From: an uncultured Acidimicrobiales bacterium
Lineage (GTDB): Bacteria; Actinomycetota; Acidimicrobiia; Acidimicrobiales; Aldehydirespiratoraceae
Direction of reading: 5' to 3'
DNA length: 64,000 bases
Assembly: GCA_905480195.1 (NCBI GenBank)
Contig: CAJQPN010000001.1
Coordinates: 145,132-209,131, forward strand
The number at the start of each line of letters is the position of its first letter. Position 1 is the first letter of the stretch. Shown one piece after another: positions 8,476 to 17,568 of this stretch. The notes under the pieces were generated by a model. The model had not been told where the DNA came from. It saw nothing but the letters and a program-made list of their open reading frames with translations, and did not search any database. Position numbers and translations under genes: made by a program.

Positions 8476-10863
8476 TCAGTTCCCACCGACGGTGTCGAGC
8501 TCGAGGACTCCGGCAGCGAGGAGTGCATCGACTTCAGCGTCGGTCAAGCCGAGTTCTGCACAGATCTCTCGGGTGTGCGCACCGAGACCCGGGGCAGGCC
8601 GGATGTCGGCATCGGCCATTCCCGAGGCGTGAAAGCCGGGGCCTTCGAACGTCATCCCACCGATCGGTGGCTGATCACGTTCGACGATGAAGCCGCGATC
8701 TCGGAAATGCGGATCGTGGTACTGGCCCTTCGAGTTGTGCATCGGGCCGGCTGGAACCTTGGCGACGAGGCAAGCGTCGACGACATCGCCGAGCGCACGA
8801 TCGGTCGTCCAGGCACGAACGTGTTCGTCGATCTCGGCCTCACGAGCTCGACGGCCACTGAGCGAGGAGAGCTCGTCGTCTCGCGCCCACTCTGGCGACC
8901 CGATTACCTCCACGAATGCCTGCCACTCGGCGTCGGAACGCGTACAGATCGCAACCCACGAGTCGTCACCATCGCAGGGGAAGAGACCCCAGGGGGTGCC
9001 ACGGTCGTGATGGTTGCCTCGTGGGACCACCGACCCAGGCTCAACCGACTCCTTGGCCAGTACATCGGCTATCACGTTGACGACCTGCTCAACCTGACAG
9101 ACCTCGACGTGCATGCCGCCTTCGCCGTTTCGTCGCCGCCCGAGAACGCCTGCGAGCGCACCCACCGCACCGGTCCGGCCTGCGAAGTGGTCGGGGAAGA
9201 TCGACATCGAACCGGCCGGCGCATCGTCACCCTCGTAGTTCCACAGGTGGGTCATGCCTCCGGTGACCTGCGTGTTGGGCCCGTAGCCCGACCAGGAAGC
9301 CCACGGCCCTCTCGAACCCATCAGTTGGCTCGACATCATGATCAGGTCAGGATTCTCGGCAGCGAGGTCGGCGTAGCCGATTCCCATCTGATCCATGATG
9401 CCGGTCGAGTTGTTCTCAATCGCGATATCGCTGGTTCGGGCCATCCGCTTGAGGAGCGCAACGCCGTCCATGGACTTCGCATCGATGCCGAGGCTGCGTT
9501 TGCTCCGACTCGACGATGCGAAGCTCGGCGACATTTCACCGCCGAGCACGGTACGGATGAAATCGGGATAGCTGCGGGACTCGATCTTGATCACGTCGGC
9601 GCCGTACTCGGCGAGCATGCGTCCGGTCTCGACCCCGACACCACCGTGGCCGAAGTCCATGACACGGAGCCCGTCGAGCGCAGCGTCGTCGCCCGATAGC
9701 GAACCGTGCGGCGGGGGCCGGCGATCGCCGAGCGACGCAAACACCGCAGCGGTGTGCTCACCGACCGCCGGTGGTGGTCCCGTCGGACCGACCCGCTCGC
9801 GATCGATCTCGAAGAACCCACTGGCGAGCATGAGGGAAACGCCGTCGATCTCGACCCGCTCAAACGATCCGCGCGCCTCGAAGTGCGGGTTCGTCAAGAC
9901 GTCGTCCGGTTTGAGGATCGGGGTGCAGACGATCCCGCGGTTCTGGCACTGCTCGGCGACCTCGAGCATGGTCATCGTCGAAAAGAGGTCGGCGTACAGG
10001 GGATTGAGCACCGCGTCGGCGATGCCGAAGCGTCCCATGAACGTCTCGTATTCGGGGTCTTGCAGATAGTCGGGTTCGCCGAGCCATGCGCGCATCGCTT
10101 TCCAGTGGCGTTCCGCGATGATCACGAGCCGGACGTAGCCGTCCTTGCACGGCAGAATCGTGTACACGGGGCCGGGCCCGATGCGGCTATCGAGGCTGGG
10201 CATACCGGCGTCGAGCGAACGGGTCCAATTCGACAGTGACCAGTCCGCGATCTGAGCGGTGGCCTCGTTGACCGAGACGTCGAGTACCTGCCCGGCACCG
10301 GTGGCGTGTTGCTGGATGAGGGCGCACTCAATCGCGAACACCGCGTGCATCGACGCCGTATCGTCGGCGATGTTGCCTGGGGGCAGAAGTGGCTCGCGAG
10401 CGGGTACCCCCGCCTTGAATGCCATCCCTCCGGTGGCATCGAGCACTGCACACGGCACGTCACGGCCGGCGTAGGGACCGGTGCGCCCATAGCTGGTGAT
10501 CGAACACACGATCAGATGGGGGTGCCGAGCGGCGAGATCGTCTGCATCGAGGCCGCTGTCGGCCCACGCGCCGGGCTCCGCCGAGTCGATCACCACGTCG
10601 CTGCAAGCCAGCAACTCGTGCAACCGATCGCGATCCGGATCCTGGCTTAGATTCAGTACAACCCCGAGCTTGCCGGCGTTGCGGACCGTGAAGAACAGCG
10701 ACTGGCCGCCCGTCATGGGATGCATACCCCGCGCCGGCGAGCCCTCCGGCGGTTCGATCCGCAGCACCTCTGCGCCAAGGTCGCTCAACAGTCGACCCGC
10801 GAGTTCACCTCGCTCGATCGTGAGGTCGACGACACGGATTCCGGACAGCGGACGGCGCGGCAT
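8476..10863 (-). CDS. Tandem (duplicated) family III CoA-transferase (CaiB/BaiF family)
   Basis: ORF 8476..11334(-). Two complete CoA-transferase modules, each opening with the family N-terminus: 'LSGIRVVDLTIERGELAGRLLSDLGAEVLRIEPP' and 'LDGLRVMDFGHGGVGVETGRMLAEYGADVIKIES'. Start set at the ATG at 10863 ('MPRRPLSGIRVVDL'). The upstream 157 codons have no family similarity. Confidence 0.85.
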   Translation of the reverse strand: MPRRPLSGIRVVDLTIERGELAGRLLSDLGAEVLRIEPPEGSPARGMHPMTGGQSLFFTVRNAGKLGVVLNLSQDPDRDRLHELLACSDVVIDSAEPGAWADSGLDADDLAARHPHLIVCSITSYGRTGPYAGRDVPCAVLDATGGMAFKAGVPAREPLLPPGNIADDTASMHAVFAIECALIQQHATGAGQVLDVSVNEATAQIADWSLSNWTRSLDAGMPSLDSRIGPGPVYTILPCKDGYVRLVIIAERHWKAMRAWLGEPDYLQDPEYETFMGRFGIADAVLNPLYADLFSTMTMLEVAEQCQNRGIVCTPILKPDDVLTNPHFEARGSFERVEIDGVSLMLASGFFEIDRERVGPTGPPPAVGEHTAAVFASLGDRRPPPHGSLSGDDAALDGLRVMDFGHGGVGVETGRMLAEYGADVIKIESRSYPDFIRTVLGGEMSPSFASSSRSKRSLGIDAKSMDGVALLKRMARTSDIAIENNSTGIMDQMGIGYADLAAENPDLIMMSSQLMGSRGPWASWSGYGPNTQVTGGMTHLWNYEGDDAPAGSMSIFPDHFAGRTGAVGALAGVLGRRRNGEGGMHVEVCQVEQVVNVIADVLAKESVEPGSVVPRGNHHDRGTPWGLFPCDGDDSWVAICTRSDAEWQAFVEVIGSPEWARDDELSSLSGRRAREAEIDEHVRAWTTDRALGDVVDACLVAKVPAGPMHNSKGQYHDPHFRDRGFIVERDQPPIGGMTFEGPGFHASGMADADIRPAPGLGAHTREICAELGLTDAEVDALLAAGVLELDTVGGN

Positions 10864-10929
10864 CGCAGGATCGTAGAACGCGTCCGTCCCGACCGTCAGA
10901 TGTGCAGCAAGATCCGCGAGAATGGATCC

Positions 10930-11691
10930 ATGGCACTCCATCCTCCCGAGCCCCCGGTCCCGGTCGCCCGGGAGGTCATGCGGATGTGGTGGCTCGACCT
11001 CGCGTTCCTCCACACGCCGGTCGAGCCGGCAGCGGTCGAGGCACTGATCCCCGATGATCTTCGGGTCGACACGTGGCCCGATGACCGCGGGATCGAGCGC
11101 GCATGGATCGGTTTGGTGCCGTTCGTCATGACGGTCGGGGCACCCGGGGGTCGGGTGATCCCGAGGCTCGGCACGTTTCCCGAGACCAATGTCCGTACCT
11201 ACGTCATCGGCCCCGACGGCACACCCGGTGTCTGGTTCTGTTCCCTCGAAGCCGGGGGTCTCGCCGCCACTGCCACGGCGCGGGCGGCCTACGGGCTCCC
11301 CTATTTTTGGGCCGACATGCGCGTCGACCATCACGACGGCGTCTGGACCTACGACTCAACCCGCCGCTGGCCGCGCGCGCAGGGCCTTCCCCACCATCAC
11401 AGCAGCGTGCGGGTTGGCGATCGCATCGCAGCCGACGACGTCACGGACTTCGAGCACTACCTCAGCGGCCGTTGGGGGCTGTACTCACGGTGGCCGACAC
11501 CGAATCGGGGCATCACCGTGTACGCGCCAGTCGATCACCCTCGGTGGGATCTCTATCGAGCAGAACTTCTCGACCTCGACGACGCTCTCGTGGTCGCCGC
11601 CGGGCTCCCGGAGCCGACGGGAGAGCCGATCGTGCACTGGACTCCGGGGGTCGAGGTGCGCGTCGGCAGGCCGCGCCGGGTCAGATGCTGA
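10930..11691 (+). CDS. DUF2071 (YqjF-like) family protein
   Basis: 'WWLDLAFLHTPV...AWIGLVPFVM...FPETNVRTYV' matches the DUF2071 pattern as I recall it. Start is uncertain: ATG at 10930, or ATG at 10984, which is preceded by GGGAGG. Confidence 0.7.
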   Translation: MALHPPEPPVPVAREVMRMWWLDLAFLHTPVEPAAVEALIPDDLRVDTWPDDRGIERAWIGLVPFVMTVGAPGGRVIPRLGTFPETNVRTYVIGPDGTPGVWFCSLEAGGLAATATARAAYGLPYFWADMRVDHHDGVWTYDSTRRWPRAQGLPHHHSSVRVGDRIAADDVTDFEHYLSGRWGLYSRWPTPNRGITVYAPVDHPRWDLYRAELLDLDDALVVAAGLPEPTGEPIVHWTPGVEVRVGRPRRVRC

Positions 11692-11740
11692 GGGGGAGCG
11701 TGACGGTTCGGCGTTGTTCGCCGGGACCCGTTCAGTGTTG

Positions 11741-12934
11741 TCAGCCGAGCTCGGTGCCATAGATGCCGACGAAGCTCACCATTTCGCCCGGGTAGCCACC
11801 GAGGTTGTGGGTGAGGCCAAGCGACCGCCCGTTGTCGGCAATCGTGCGCTCCTTCGGTGCTTGCCCTCGCAGCTGGAGCCAGATCTCGTAGAGCATCCGC
11901 AAGCCCGACGCGCCAACCGGATGCCCGAACGATTTCAGACCCCCATCGGTGTTGACCGGCAGCCGCCCATCAAGGTTGAAGTCACCATTGAGGACATCCC
12001 GCCATGCATCACCCGGATTCGAGAACCCAAGATCTTCCATCAACACGAGTTCGGTGGGCGTGAAACAGTCGTGCACCCCGGCGACCGCAATCTCGTTGCG
12101 GGGATCAGTGATGCCGGCCTGAGCGTATGCGTCGTCGGCGGACCACTTGCACTCCGACAATGTCGTGTAGTCGTAGTCGGGATCAAGCGAACCGGCACCG
12201 GTGCCGGCCACGAACGACAGGGCTTTGATGTACAGCGGGTCGTCGCAGTACTCGAGTGCGTCCTCGGCGCGGCACATGATCACCCCTGCGGCGCCGTCGG
12301 CCACCCCAGCACAGTCGAAGACGCTGAGGCGACCAGCCACCGCAGCCATCTGGCAGATCTGCTCCGCCGATGTCTCACGCCGGAATTGGGCGAGCGGGTT
12401 GCGGGCACCGTTGAAGTGGTTCTTCTCTGCGATCTTGGCGACTGCGTAGCGGATCTCGTCGACGTCGAGGCCGTACTTCTCTGCGTAGGCAGGCAGGATC
12501 ATTGCGAACATCGCAGCGGCAGTGAGGGTGCGCTGCGTTCCATCGGTCGGGATCGGGAACGCGTTGAGCCCCTGGTAGCCGCCGTCCTTGACCTTTTCGG
12601 CCCCGAGCGCCATGACGACGTCGTACGCGCCCGACGCAACGGCGTACGCCGCCTGCCGCATCGCCTCGCTGCCGGTGGCGCAGTAGTTCTCGACACGACT
12701 GATCGGCTTGCCGTGGATCTTGAGCGGGCCACCCATGGCAAGACCAGAGGCCGCCGACTGGGAGGTCCCGAACCAGAACGCATCAACCTCATCCTGACTG
12801 ATGCCAGCCGATGCGTAGGTGGCTTTCGCTCCGTCGATGATCAGGTCGTCGAGTGACTTCTCCCAGTGCTCGGTGAATGGCACGCAACCGACCCCGATGA
12901 TCGCGACCCTGTCCTTGATTCCGTTACTCCCCAT
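11741..12934 (-). CDS. Thiolase (archaeal/SCP-x-type acetyl-CoA acetyltransferase-like)
   Basis: 397 aa. Nucleophile region 'VENYCATGSEAM' and C-terminal 'SFGHPVGASGLRM'. GAGGAG RBS upstream of the ATG. Confidence 0.9.
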   Translation of the reverse strand: MGSNGIKDRVAIIGVGCVPFTEHWEKSLDDLIIDGAKATYASAGISQDEVDAFWFGTSQSAASGLAMGGPLKIHGKPISRVENYCATGSEAMRQAAYAVASGAYDVVMALGAEKVKDGGYQGLNAFPIPTDGTQRTLTAAAMFAMILPAYAEKYGLDVDEIRYAVAKIAEKNHFNGARNPLAQFRRETSAEQICQMAAVAGRLSVFDCAGVADGAAGVIMCRAEDALEYCDDPLYIKALSFVAGTGAGSLDPDYDYTTLSECKWSADDAYAQAGITDPRNEIAVAGVHDCFTPTELVLMEDLGFSNPGDAWRDVLNGDFNLDGRLPVNTDGGLKSFGHPVGASGLRMLYEIWLQLRGQAPKERTIADNGRSLGLTHNLGGYPGEMVSFVGIYGTELG

Positions 12935-12976
12935 CGTGCGCTGCTCCTCGCCGCAAACCTCGCCACCGACAACCGG

Positions 12977-14392
12977 TCATCTGTCGGCTCCTCTCACGGG
13001 TCGCACCTTCCAGAAGTAATTGTGGATCTCATCAGCGGTGAAAAGGCGGCGGAACGTCGGCTCGACCCGCATACCGACCTCGACTTCGTCGGCGTCGACG
13101 TCGGTCAACTCGAGCGGCACCCGACCACCGCCATCAAAATCGACCACCGCAAAGACAACTGGGGGACTCGGCGAGTACACCAACTTGTCGACGGTGAAAC
13201 TGACGACGGTGCCATGGACGTCGGCCATCGGCACTTCGTCCATGTCGTCGACTGCCCCGCCCTTCTCCGAGACTCGGGCCGGCGGAAGATGCACCATGCC
13301 CGAACTGCGATCGCGGCTACCCACGAAGCCGAACTTCCAGTCGTCACGTCGGTGCGCCGCCGCAGCCGACGGTCGGTTCGGAAGTGGCCGATTGGGCGGC
13401 TCGATCGCGACCATGCCCCGCCAAGACAGAAACTTGGCGTAGTCGATCGGTGCGCCGCCTGCGATCTGCGATGCGACGGGCCTCGCTGGCGTGTAGGAAC
13501 CGATCGCCTCGGTAGTGCGGACGACAAGCACATCGACGCCATCGGCGAGGGCCATGATCGCAATCGCCTCGCCGGGGCCGGCTGTCTCGATTGCGGCGGC
13601 CAGCACCAACAGCGGATGAGCGGTGCCGGTGTTGCCCACAGACTCAGAGAGGTCGTTTCCGATCCGCTCGGCTGCGACCCCTAGTTTGCCGACGTTGCGG
13701 GCGACAGCCCGAGCATGGGTTCCGACCACCACCAAGGTATGGATGTCGTCGGCCACCAGGCCGGTGTCGGCCAAGGCAGCCGTCCACGCCTGTTCCATCA
13801 AGGGGGCGTAGACAACCTCACCGAAGCGTTCCTCCCATGTTCGGGAACGATCACCACCGGGAACTCGCCAGCGTTCCAGGAACTCGTCGGTGACCGATGC
13901 TCCCCCGACGAATTCGGCAAGTACCGGGCCGGCGGTGTCGTCACCGATCAGTAGCGCTGCTGCACCGTCGCCGCCTTGGGACTCATCGGCCGAGGTCGCC
14001 AGCCCGTCCCGCGAATCGGACGCGACCACGAGTGTGGTCGGCCCAGCCTCGAGTGCCGTGCGCAGGGCACCAGTCCCGGAACGATGGGCCCCTCCGAAGT
14101 CGAACGCCGGAACCGAGGCATCGAGGCGCAGCGTCGCGTGGATCGCCGACGCGTTCGTCTTCTCGAGATAGGCGGGCGATGCGGTGGCGAACCACAGCGC
14201 ATCGACATCGACGCCGGTGGCCGACGCCACTGCGGCACGGGCGGCTTCGGCTCCCATGGTGGTGGTGTCCTCGTCGAACGAGGCGACCGTGCGGGTGCCC
14301 GTACCCCCGCCCTTGCCAAAGAACGCAGCAACCGCCGCTCGATCGAGCCGACGGTGAGGAAGATGGGTACCGGTCGCGATGATCCCGCGCAC
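12977..14392 (-). CDS. HMG-CoA synthase/KAS-III-like domain fused to a DUF35 OB-fold domain (cysteine-free)
   Basis: ORF 12977..14593(-). The N-terminal ~340 aa are thiolase-fold condensing-enzyme-like ('ALWFATASPAYLEK...FDFGGAHRSGTGALRTA...GNTGTAHPLL'). The C-terminal ~120 aa are DUF35 OB-fold-like ('HGTVVSFTVDKL...VVFAVVDFDGGGRV...VGMRVEP'). Start set at the GTG at 14392 ('VRGIIATGTHLP'). Confidence 0.75.
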   Translation of the reverse strand: MRGIIATGTHLPHRRLDRAAVAAFFGKGGGTGTRTVASFDEDTTTMGAEAARAAVASATGVDVDALWFATASPAYLEKTNASAIHATLRLDASVPAFDFGGAHRSGTGALRTALEAGPTTLVVASDSRDGLATSADESQGGDGAAALLIGDDTAGPVLAEFVGGASVTDEFLERWRVPGGDRSRTWEERFGEVVYAPLMEQAWTAALADTGLVADDIHTLVVVGTHARAVARNVGKLGVAAERIGNDLSESVGNTGTAHPLLVLAAAIETAGPGEAIAIMALADGVDVLVVRTTEAIGSYTPARPVASQIAGGAPIDYAKFLSWRGMVAIEPPNRPLPNRPSAAAAHRRDDWKFGFVGSRDRSSGMVHLPPARVSEKGGAVDDMDEVPMADVHGTVVSFTVDKLVYSPSPPVVFAVVDFDGGGRVPLELTDVDADEVEVGMRVEPTFRRLFTADEIHNYFWKVRPVRGADR

Positions 14393-14541
14393 GAGTGCTC
14401 CTGGTCTCGGGGCGGTCGTTCGAACACGACCGTCAACGCACCGCACCCTACCGGTGAGCCGCCACCGCCCCCGAGTTGACGATGACACCGTGATCGGGCG
14501 GACGCAGGGCGCACGAGCCCGATTCGGGCCATCATGGCGAG

Positions 14542-15885
14542 ATGGCAATGAGCGACCCCCGAGGCGAGGAGACGATCGAGCTCCTCCAGGCAATGATCCA
14601 GAACGCGTGCGTCAACGATGGCACCGAGGCGAGTGGACAGGAGATTCGCAACGCCGATCTTCTTGCGACGTTTCTCGAAGGTTCCGGCGTGGAGGTCGAG
14701 CGATACCACGCGGCTCCGGGTCGCACGTCGCTCGTGGCTCGTATCGAGGGGTCGGACCCTGATGCGCCGAGTCTTTGCCTGAACGGTCATACCGACGTCG
14801 TGCCGATCAGCCGCGACGGATGGGACGAAGATCCGTTTGGTGGCGAGATCATCGATGGTGAGGTCTGGGGCCGAGGGGCTGTCGACATGCTGAACCTCAC
14901 CGCATCGATGGCTGTCGTCACCCGGTCGATCGCCCGTTCCGACCGACAACTCAAAGGCGACCTCGTCTTCTTTGCCGTCGCCGACGAAGAAGCGGGATCT
15001 GCGTACGGCGCTCGCTGGATGGGCACCAATCATCCCGACGTGATCACCACTGACTATCTCCTCACCGAAAACGGTGGTCTCCATGCAGGCACGTCGGAGG
15101 AACCGACCGTCTCCATGGTGGTCGGCGAAAAGGGCGTCGCCTGGCGTCGCCTGCGGGTAAAGGGAACACCCGGTCACGGCTCACGCCCGTATCGCCAGGA
15201 CAACGCCTTGGTGAAAGCGGCAGCGATCGTGCAGCGGCTCAACGAGTACAACTCCGGTCCCCGGTTCCACGAGTTCTGGCGACCCCAGGTCGACGCGATG
15301 GGCCTCGATGACGACATGAAGGCCGTCCTACTCGACGACACCGCGATCGACGAGATGCTGGCCACGTTGCCAAACGCTGCGACCGCAGCCCACCTGCACG
15401 CCTGCACCCACACGACGTTCTCACCGAACGTCATCGGTTCGCAGACGAAGACCAACATCATCCCCGACGTCGTCGACATCGACGTCGACATCCGATCGCT
15501 CCCTGGTGAAAGACACGACGACATCGAGGCCCACCTCCGTGCGGCGCTCGGAGACCTGTACGACCAAGTTGACGTCACCGTGCTCCTAGAAGAGCCGTCG
15601 ACCAGTAGTCGCATCGACACACCACTCTGGGAATCGATGCAAAAGGCCGTCAGCAATCCCTTCCCGACAACGCGGATCTCGCCGTCGATCTCGGTCGGGT
15701 TCACCGACGCTCGTGTCCATCGCGAACTCGGTGCGGTGGCCTACGGGGCAGGCCTGCTCAGCCCGACCCTCAGCGCGGCCGACTTCGGGAGCCGGTTCCA
15801 CGGCCACAACGAGCGCATCGACACCGAGTCACTTCATTTGACGACACGTTTCTTCCACGACGTCGCCACCGATCTCCTCGGCTGA
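14542..15885 (+). CDS. M20/M25/M40 family metallopeptidase (ArgE/DapE/CPG2-like)
   Basis: 447 aa. 'LCLNGHTDVVP' metal-binding motif and 'ADEEAGS'. Typical two-domain length. Confidence 0.85.
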   Translation: MAMSDPRGEETIELLQAMIQNACVNDGTEASGQEIRNADLLATFLEGSGVEVERYHAAPGRTSLVARIEGSDPDAPSLCLNGHTDVVPISRDGWDEDPFGGEIIDGEVWGRGAVDMLNLTASMAVVTRSIARSDRQLKGDLVFFAVADEEAGSAYGARWMGTNHPDVITTDYLLTENGGLHAGTSEEPTVSMVVGEKGVAWRRLRVKGTPGHGSRPYRQDNALVKAAAIVQRLNEYNSGPRFHEFWRPQVDAMGLDDDMKAVLLDDTAIDEMLATLPNAATAAHLHACTHTTFSPNVIGSQTKTNIIPDVVDIDVDIRSLPGERHDDIEAHLRAALGDLYDQVDVTVLLEEPSTSSRIDTPLWESMQKAVSNPFPTTRISPSISVGFTDARVHRELGAVAYGAGLLSPTLSAADFGSRFHGHNERIDTESLHLTTRFFHDVATDLLG

Positions 15886-15957
15886 GCGCCACCGACCGGT
15901 GGGGTGGTTTCCCGCCGGACATCCGGAACCATTTTCTCTGGGTGGACCCTTCGCCGA

Positions 15958-17511
15958 CTAGAAGCCGAACGCCCCACCCGTGAGCGCTCGAGGGTCGGCA
16001 GCACCTGCCACTGTCCCGTGCGGGGTGATCTCGATTGCATGGGCGTGGCCGAACGCGCTCCCTGCGTCGACCTCGGCGATCCGGTGACCACGAACAGCGA
16101 GGCCCTCGGCGATCTCTGCCGGCACGTGCTCCTCGAGCTCGACCCGACGGCCGACGTCAGGCCGCCAGGTGTCGAATCCGCTGTCCGACGCGATCCGCCA
16201 TCGTCCTCGGCCGACTGCGCGTCCCGGATCCTGATCGAACAACAGGAGGCTTGCGAGCATCTGCAACACGATCTGAGGTTGGGCATCGCCCCCCATGGTG
16301 CCGAGAACGCTGCGGAGGCGGCCATCGGGATGGGTCACCAGCGCCGGAGCCAACGTATGTGGCGGCCGTCTACCCGCTCGGTACTCGGCCGGATGACCCG
16401 CTTCGAGTGAGAAGCCAAGACCTCGGTCGTGCAGGAAAATGCCGCTCGATCCGGCGATGATGTGTGCGCCGAAGCCAGAGGCGTTCGAGTTGATCAGCGA
16501 GACCCCCATACCGTCGCCATCGATCACGCACAGATAGGTGGTGTCGCCGTCGAACGCGGGGGTCGCCACATCTCCGGCACGGTCGGGGTCGATCGCAGCC
16601 CGACGGGCAGCGACCCGATCCGAGGCAAGCAGGGCCGCCGGGTCGGCACCGTCGAACAATTGGGTGGGTCGGTCGAACGAGGCTTGGATCGCGGACTCGA
16701 CGAGCAGGTGCGTTCCCGCAGGGTCGTCGGCGATCTCGAACCCATCAGCAATCGCAGCAGAGAGAAGGGTGAGGTAGCCCTGGCTGGTGGGTGGGACCGA
16801 CCAGATCGAGTGACCGAACGCGTCGACCGAGATCGGGTCGACCCAGCGGGCCTGGTCTACCTCGAGATCCGACGGTGCAAACTCGTCTGGTCCGACTTCG
16901 AGCAGGCCGGCGGCAAACTCACCGCCGTAGAAGCCCGCTCGGCCCTCGGACGAAATCGCCCGAAGGGTTCGCGCCGAACCCGGTCGACGGATCACATCGC
17001 CGGTGCTGCCGGAGGACGGGAAGTCGTTGTTTGCGATGCCGGCCGCCACCGGCAAGCTCCGCGCGAGGAGCGGGTGTAGCGGGAACCCCTCCTCGGCGTG
17101 ACGGATCGCATCAGCCAACACTCGATCGAGGGGCAGTCGGCCATGACGGGCATGCAACGCCAACCAACCATCAACCGCGCCGGGCACTGTCACGGCCCGA
17201 ATGTTCCCCTTGAGCGGGATCATGGTCAGACCTTCGGCGCGGGCGGCATCGGGATCGGCACCCGAGCCGGCCATACCACTCGCATCGAGTGCCTCTGGTG
17301 GCCCTTCGGTGTGGTGTACCAGCGCCCAGAGGTCGCCGCCCATCCCGCACATGTTGGGACACGTCACCGCAAGCACGGCGTTGGCGGCGATTGCAGCGTC
17401 GACTGCCGAACCCCCGTCACGAAGCACGTCGACGCCGGCCTGGGTGGCAAGGTGGTCGATGGTCGAGACCATGGCGTTGGGGGCGTGACGGGTGACGACG
17501 GGAACGAACAT
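15958..17511 (-). CDS. Gamma-glutamyltransferase family protein (no signal peptide)
   Basis: ORF 15958..18168(-). GGT similarity begins at 'MFVPVVTRHAPNAMVSTIDHLATQAGVDVLRDGGSAVDAAIA'. Autoprocessing/nucleophile Thr in 'DGDTTYLCV'. Start set at the ATG at 17511. The upstream part of the ORF is antisense to the DUF427 gene. Confidence 0.85.
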   Translation of the reverse strand: MFVPVVTRHAPNAMVSTIDHLATQAGVDVLRDGGSAVDAAIAANAVLAVTCPNMCGMGGDLWALVHHTEGPPEALDASGMAGSGADPDAARAEGLTMIPLKGNIRAVTVPGAVDGWLALHARHGRLPLDRVLADAIRHAEEGFPLHPLLARSLPVAAGIANNDFPSSGSTGDVIRRPGSARTLRAISSEGRAGFYGGEFAAGLLEVGPDEFAPSDLEVDQARWVDPISVDAFGHSIWSVPPTSQGYLTLLSAAIADGFEIADDPAGTHLLVESAIQASFDRPTQLFDGADPAALLASDRVAARRAAIDPDRAGDVATPAFDGDTTYLCVIDGDGMGVSLINSNASGFGAHIIAGSSGIFLHDRGLGFSLEAGHPAEYRAGRRPPHTLAPALVTHPDGRLRSVLGTMGGDAQPQIVLQMLASLLLFDQDPGRAVGRGRWRIASDSGFDTWRPDVGRRVELEEHVPAEIAEGLAVRGHRIAEVDAGSAFGHAHAIEITPHGTVAGAADPRALTGGAFGF

Positions 17512-17568
17512 CCCCGCAGTGTGGCACGCGACGGGAATCAACTCCGAAGACGAGGTGTTGACCACTTC

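Noticed and set aside
8038-9699. 553-aa ORF on the plus strand
   Set aside because: Antisense to the esterase and tandem CoA-transferase genes. Shadow ORF with no recognisable domain.
10864-11334. 157-codon N-terminal extension of the CoA-transferase ORF
   Set aside because: Family similarity begins at 'MPRRPLSGIRVVDL'. The extension is antisense to the DUF2071 gene.
11189-12856. 555-aa ORF on the plus strand
   Set aside because: It overlaps the DUF2071 gene out of frame and lies antisense to the thiolase gene. The thiolase frame has clear catalytic motifs, so this is a shadow ORF.
14406-14475. tRNA-like element (7-bp outer stem, hairpin with TTCGAA loop, ~70 nt)
   Set aside because: The D-arm and anticodon arm cannot be formed. 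There is no U8/A14/G18G19 pattern, and the would-be T-loop is 6 or 8 nt rather than 7. Retained only as a low-interest structured or operator candidate.
13948-15177. 409-aa ORF on the minus strand spanning the divergent promoter region
   Set aside because: It overlaps the 5' ends of both the HMGCS-like gene (out of frame) and the M20 peptidase gene (antisense). No motifs, and an implausible arrangement.
15889-15902. Palindrome CCACCGACCGGTGG between the M20 peptidase and GGT genes
   Set aside because: A 6-bp stem with a 2-nt loop cannot fold as drawn, and there is no U-tract. Too weak to call a terminator or operator.
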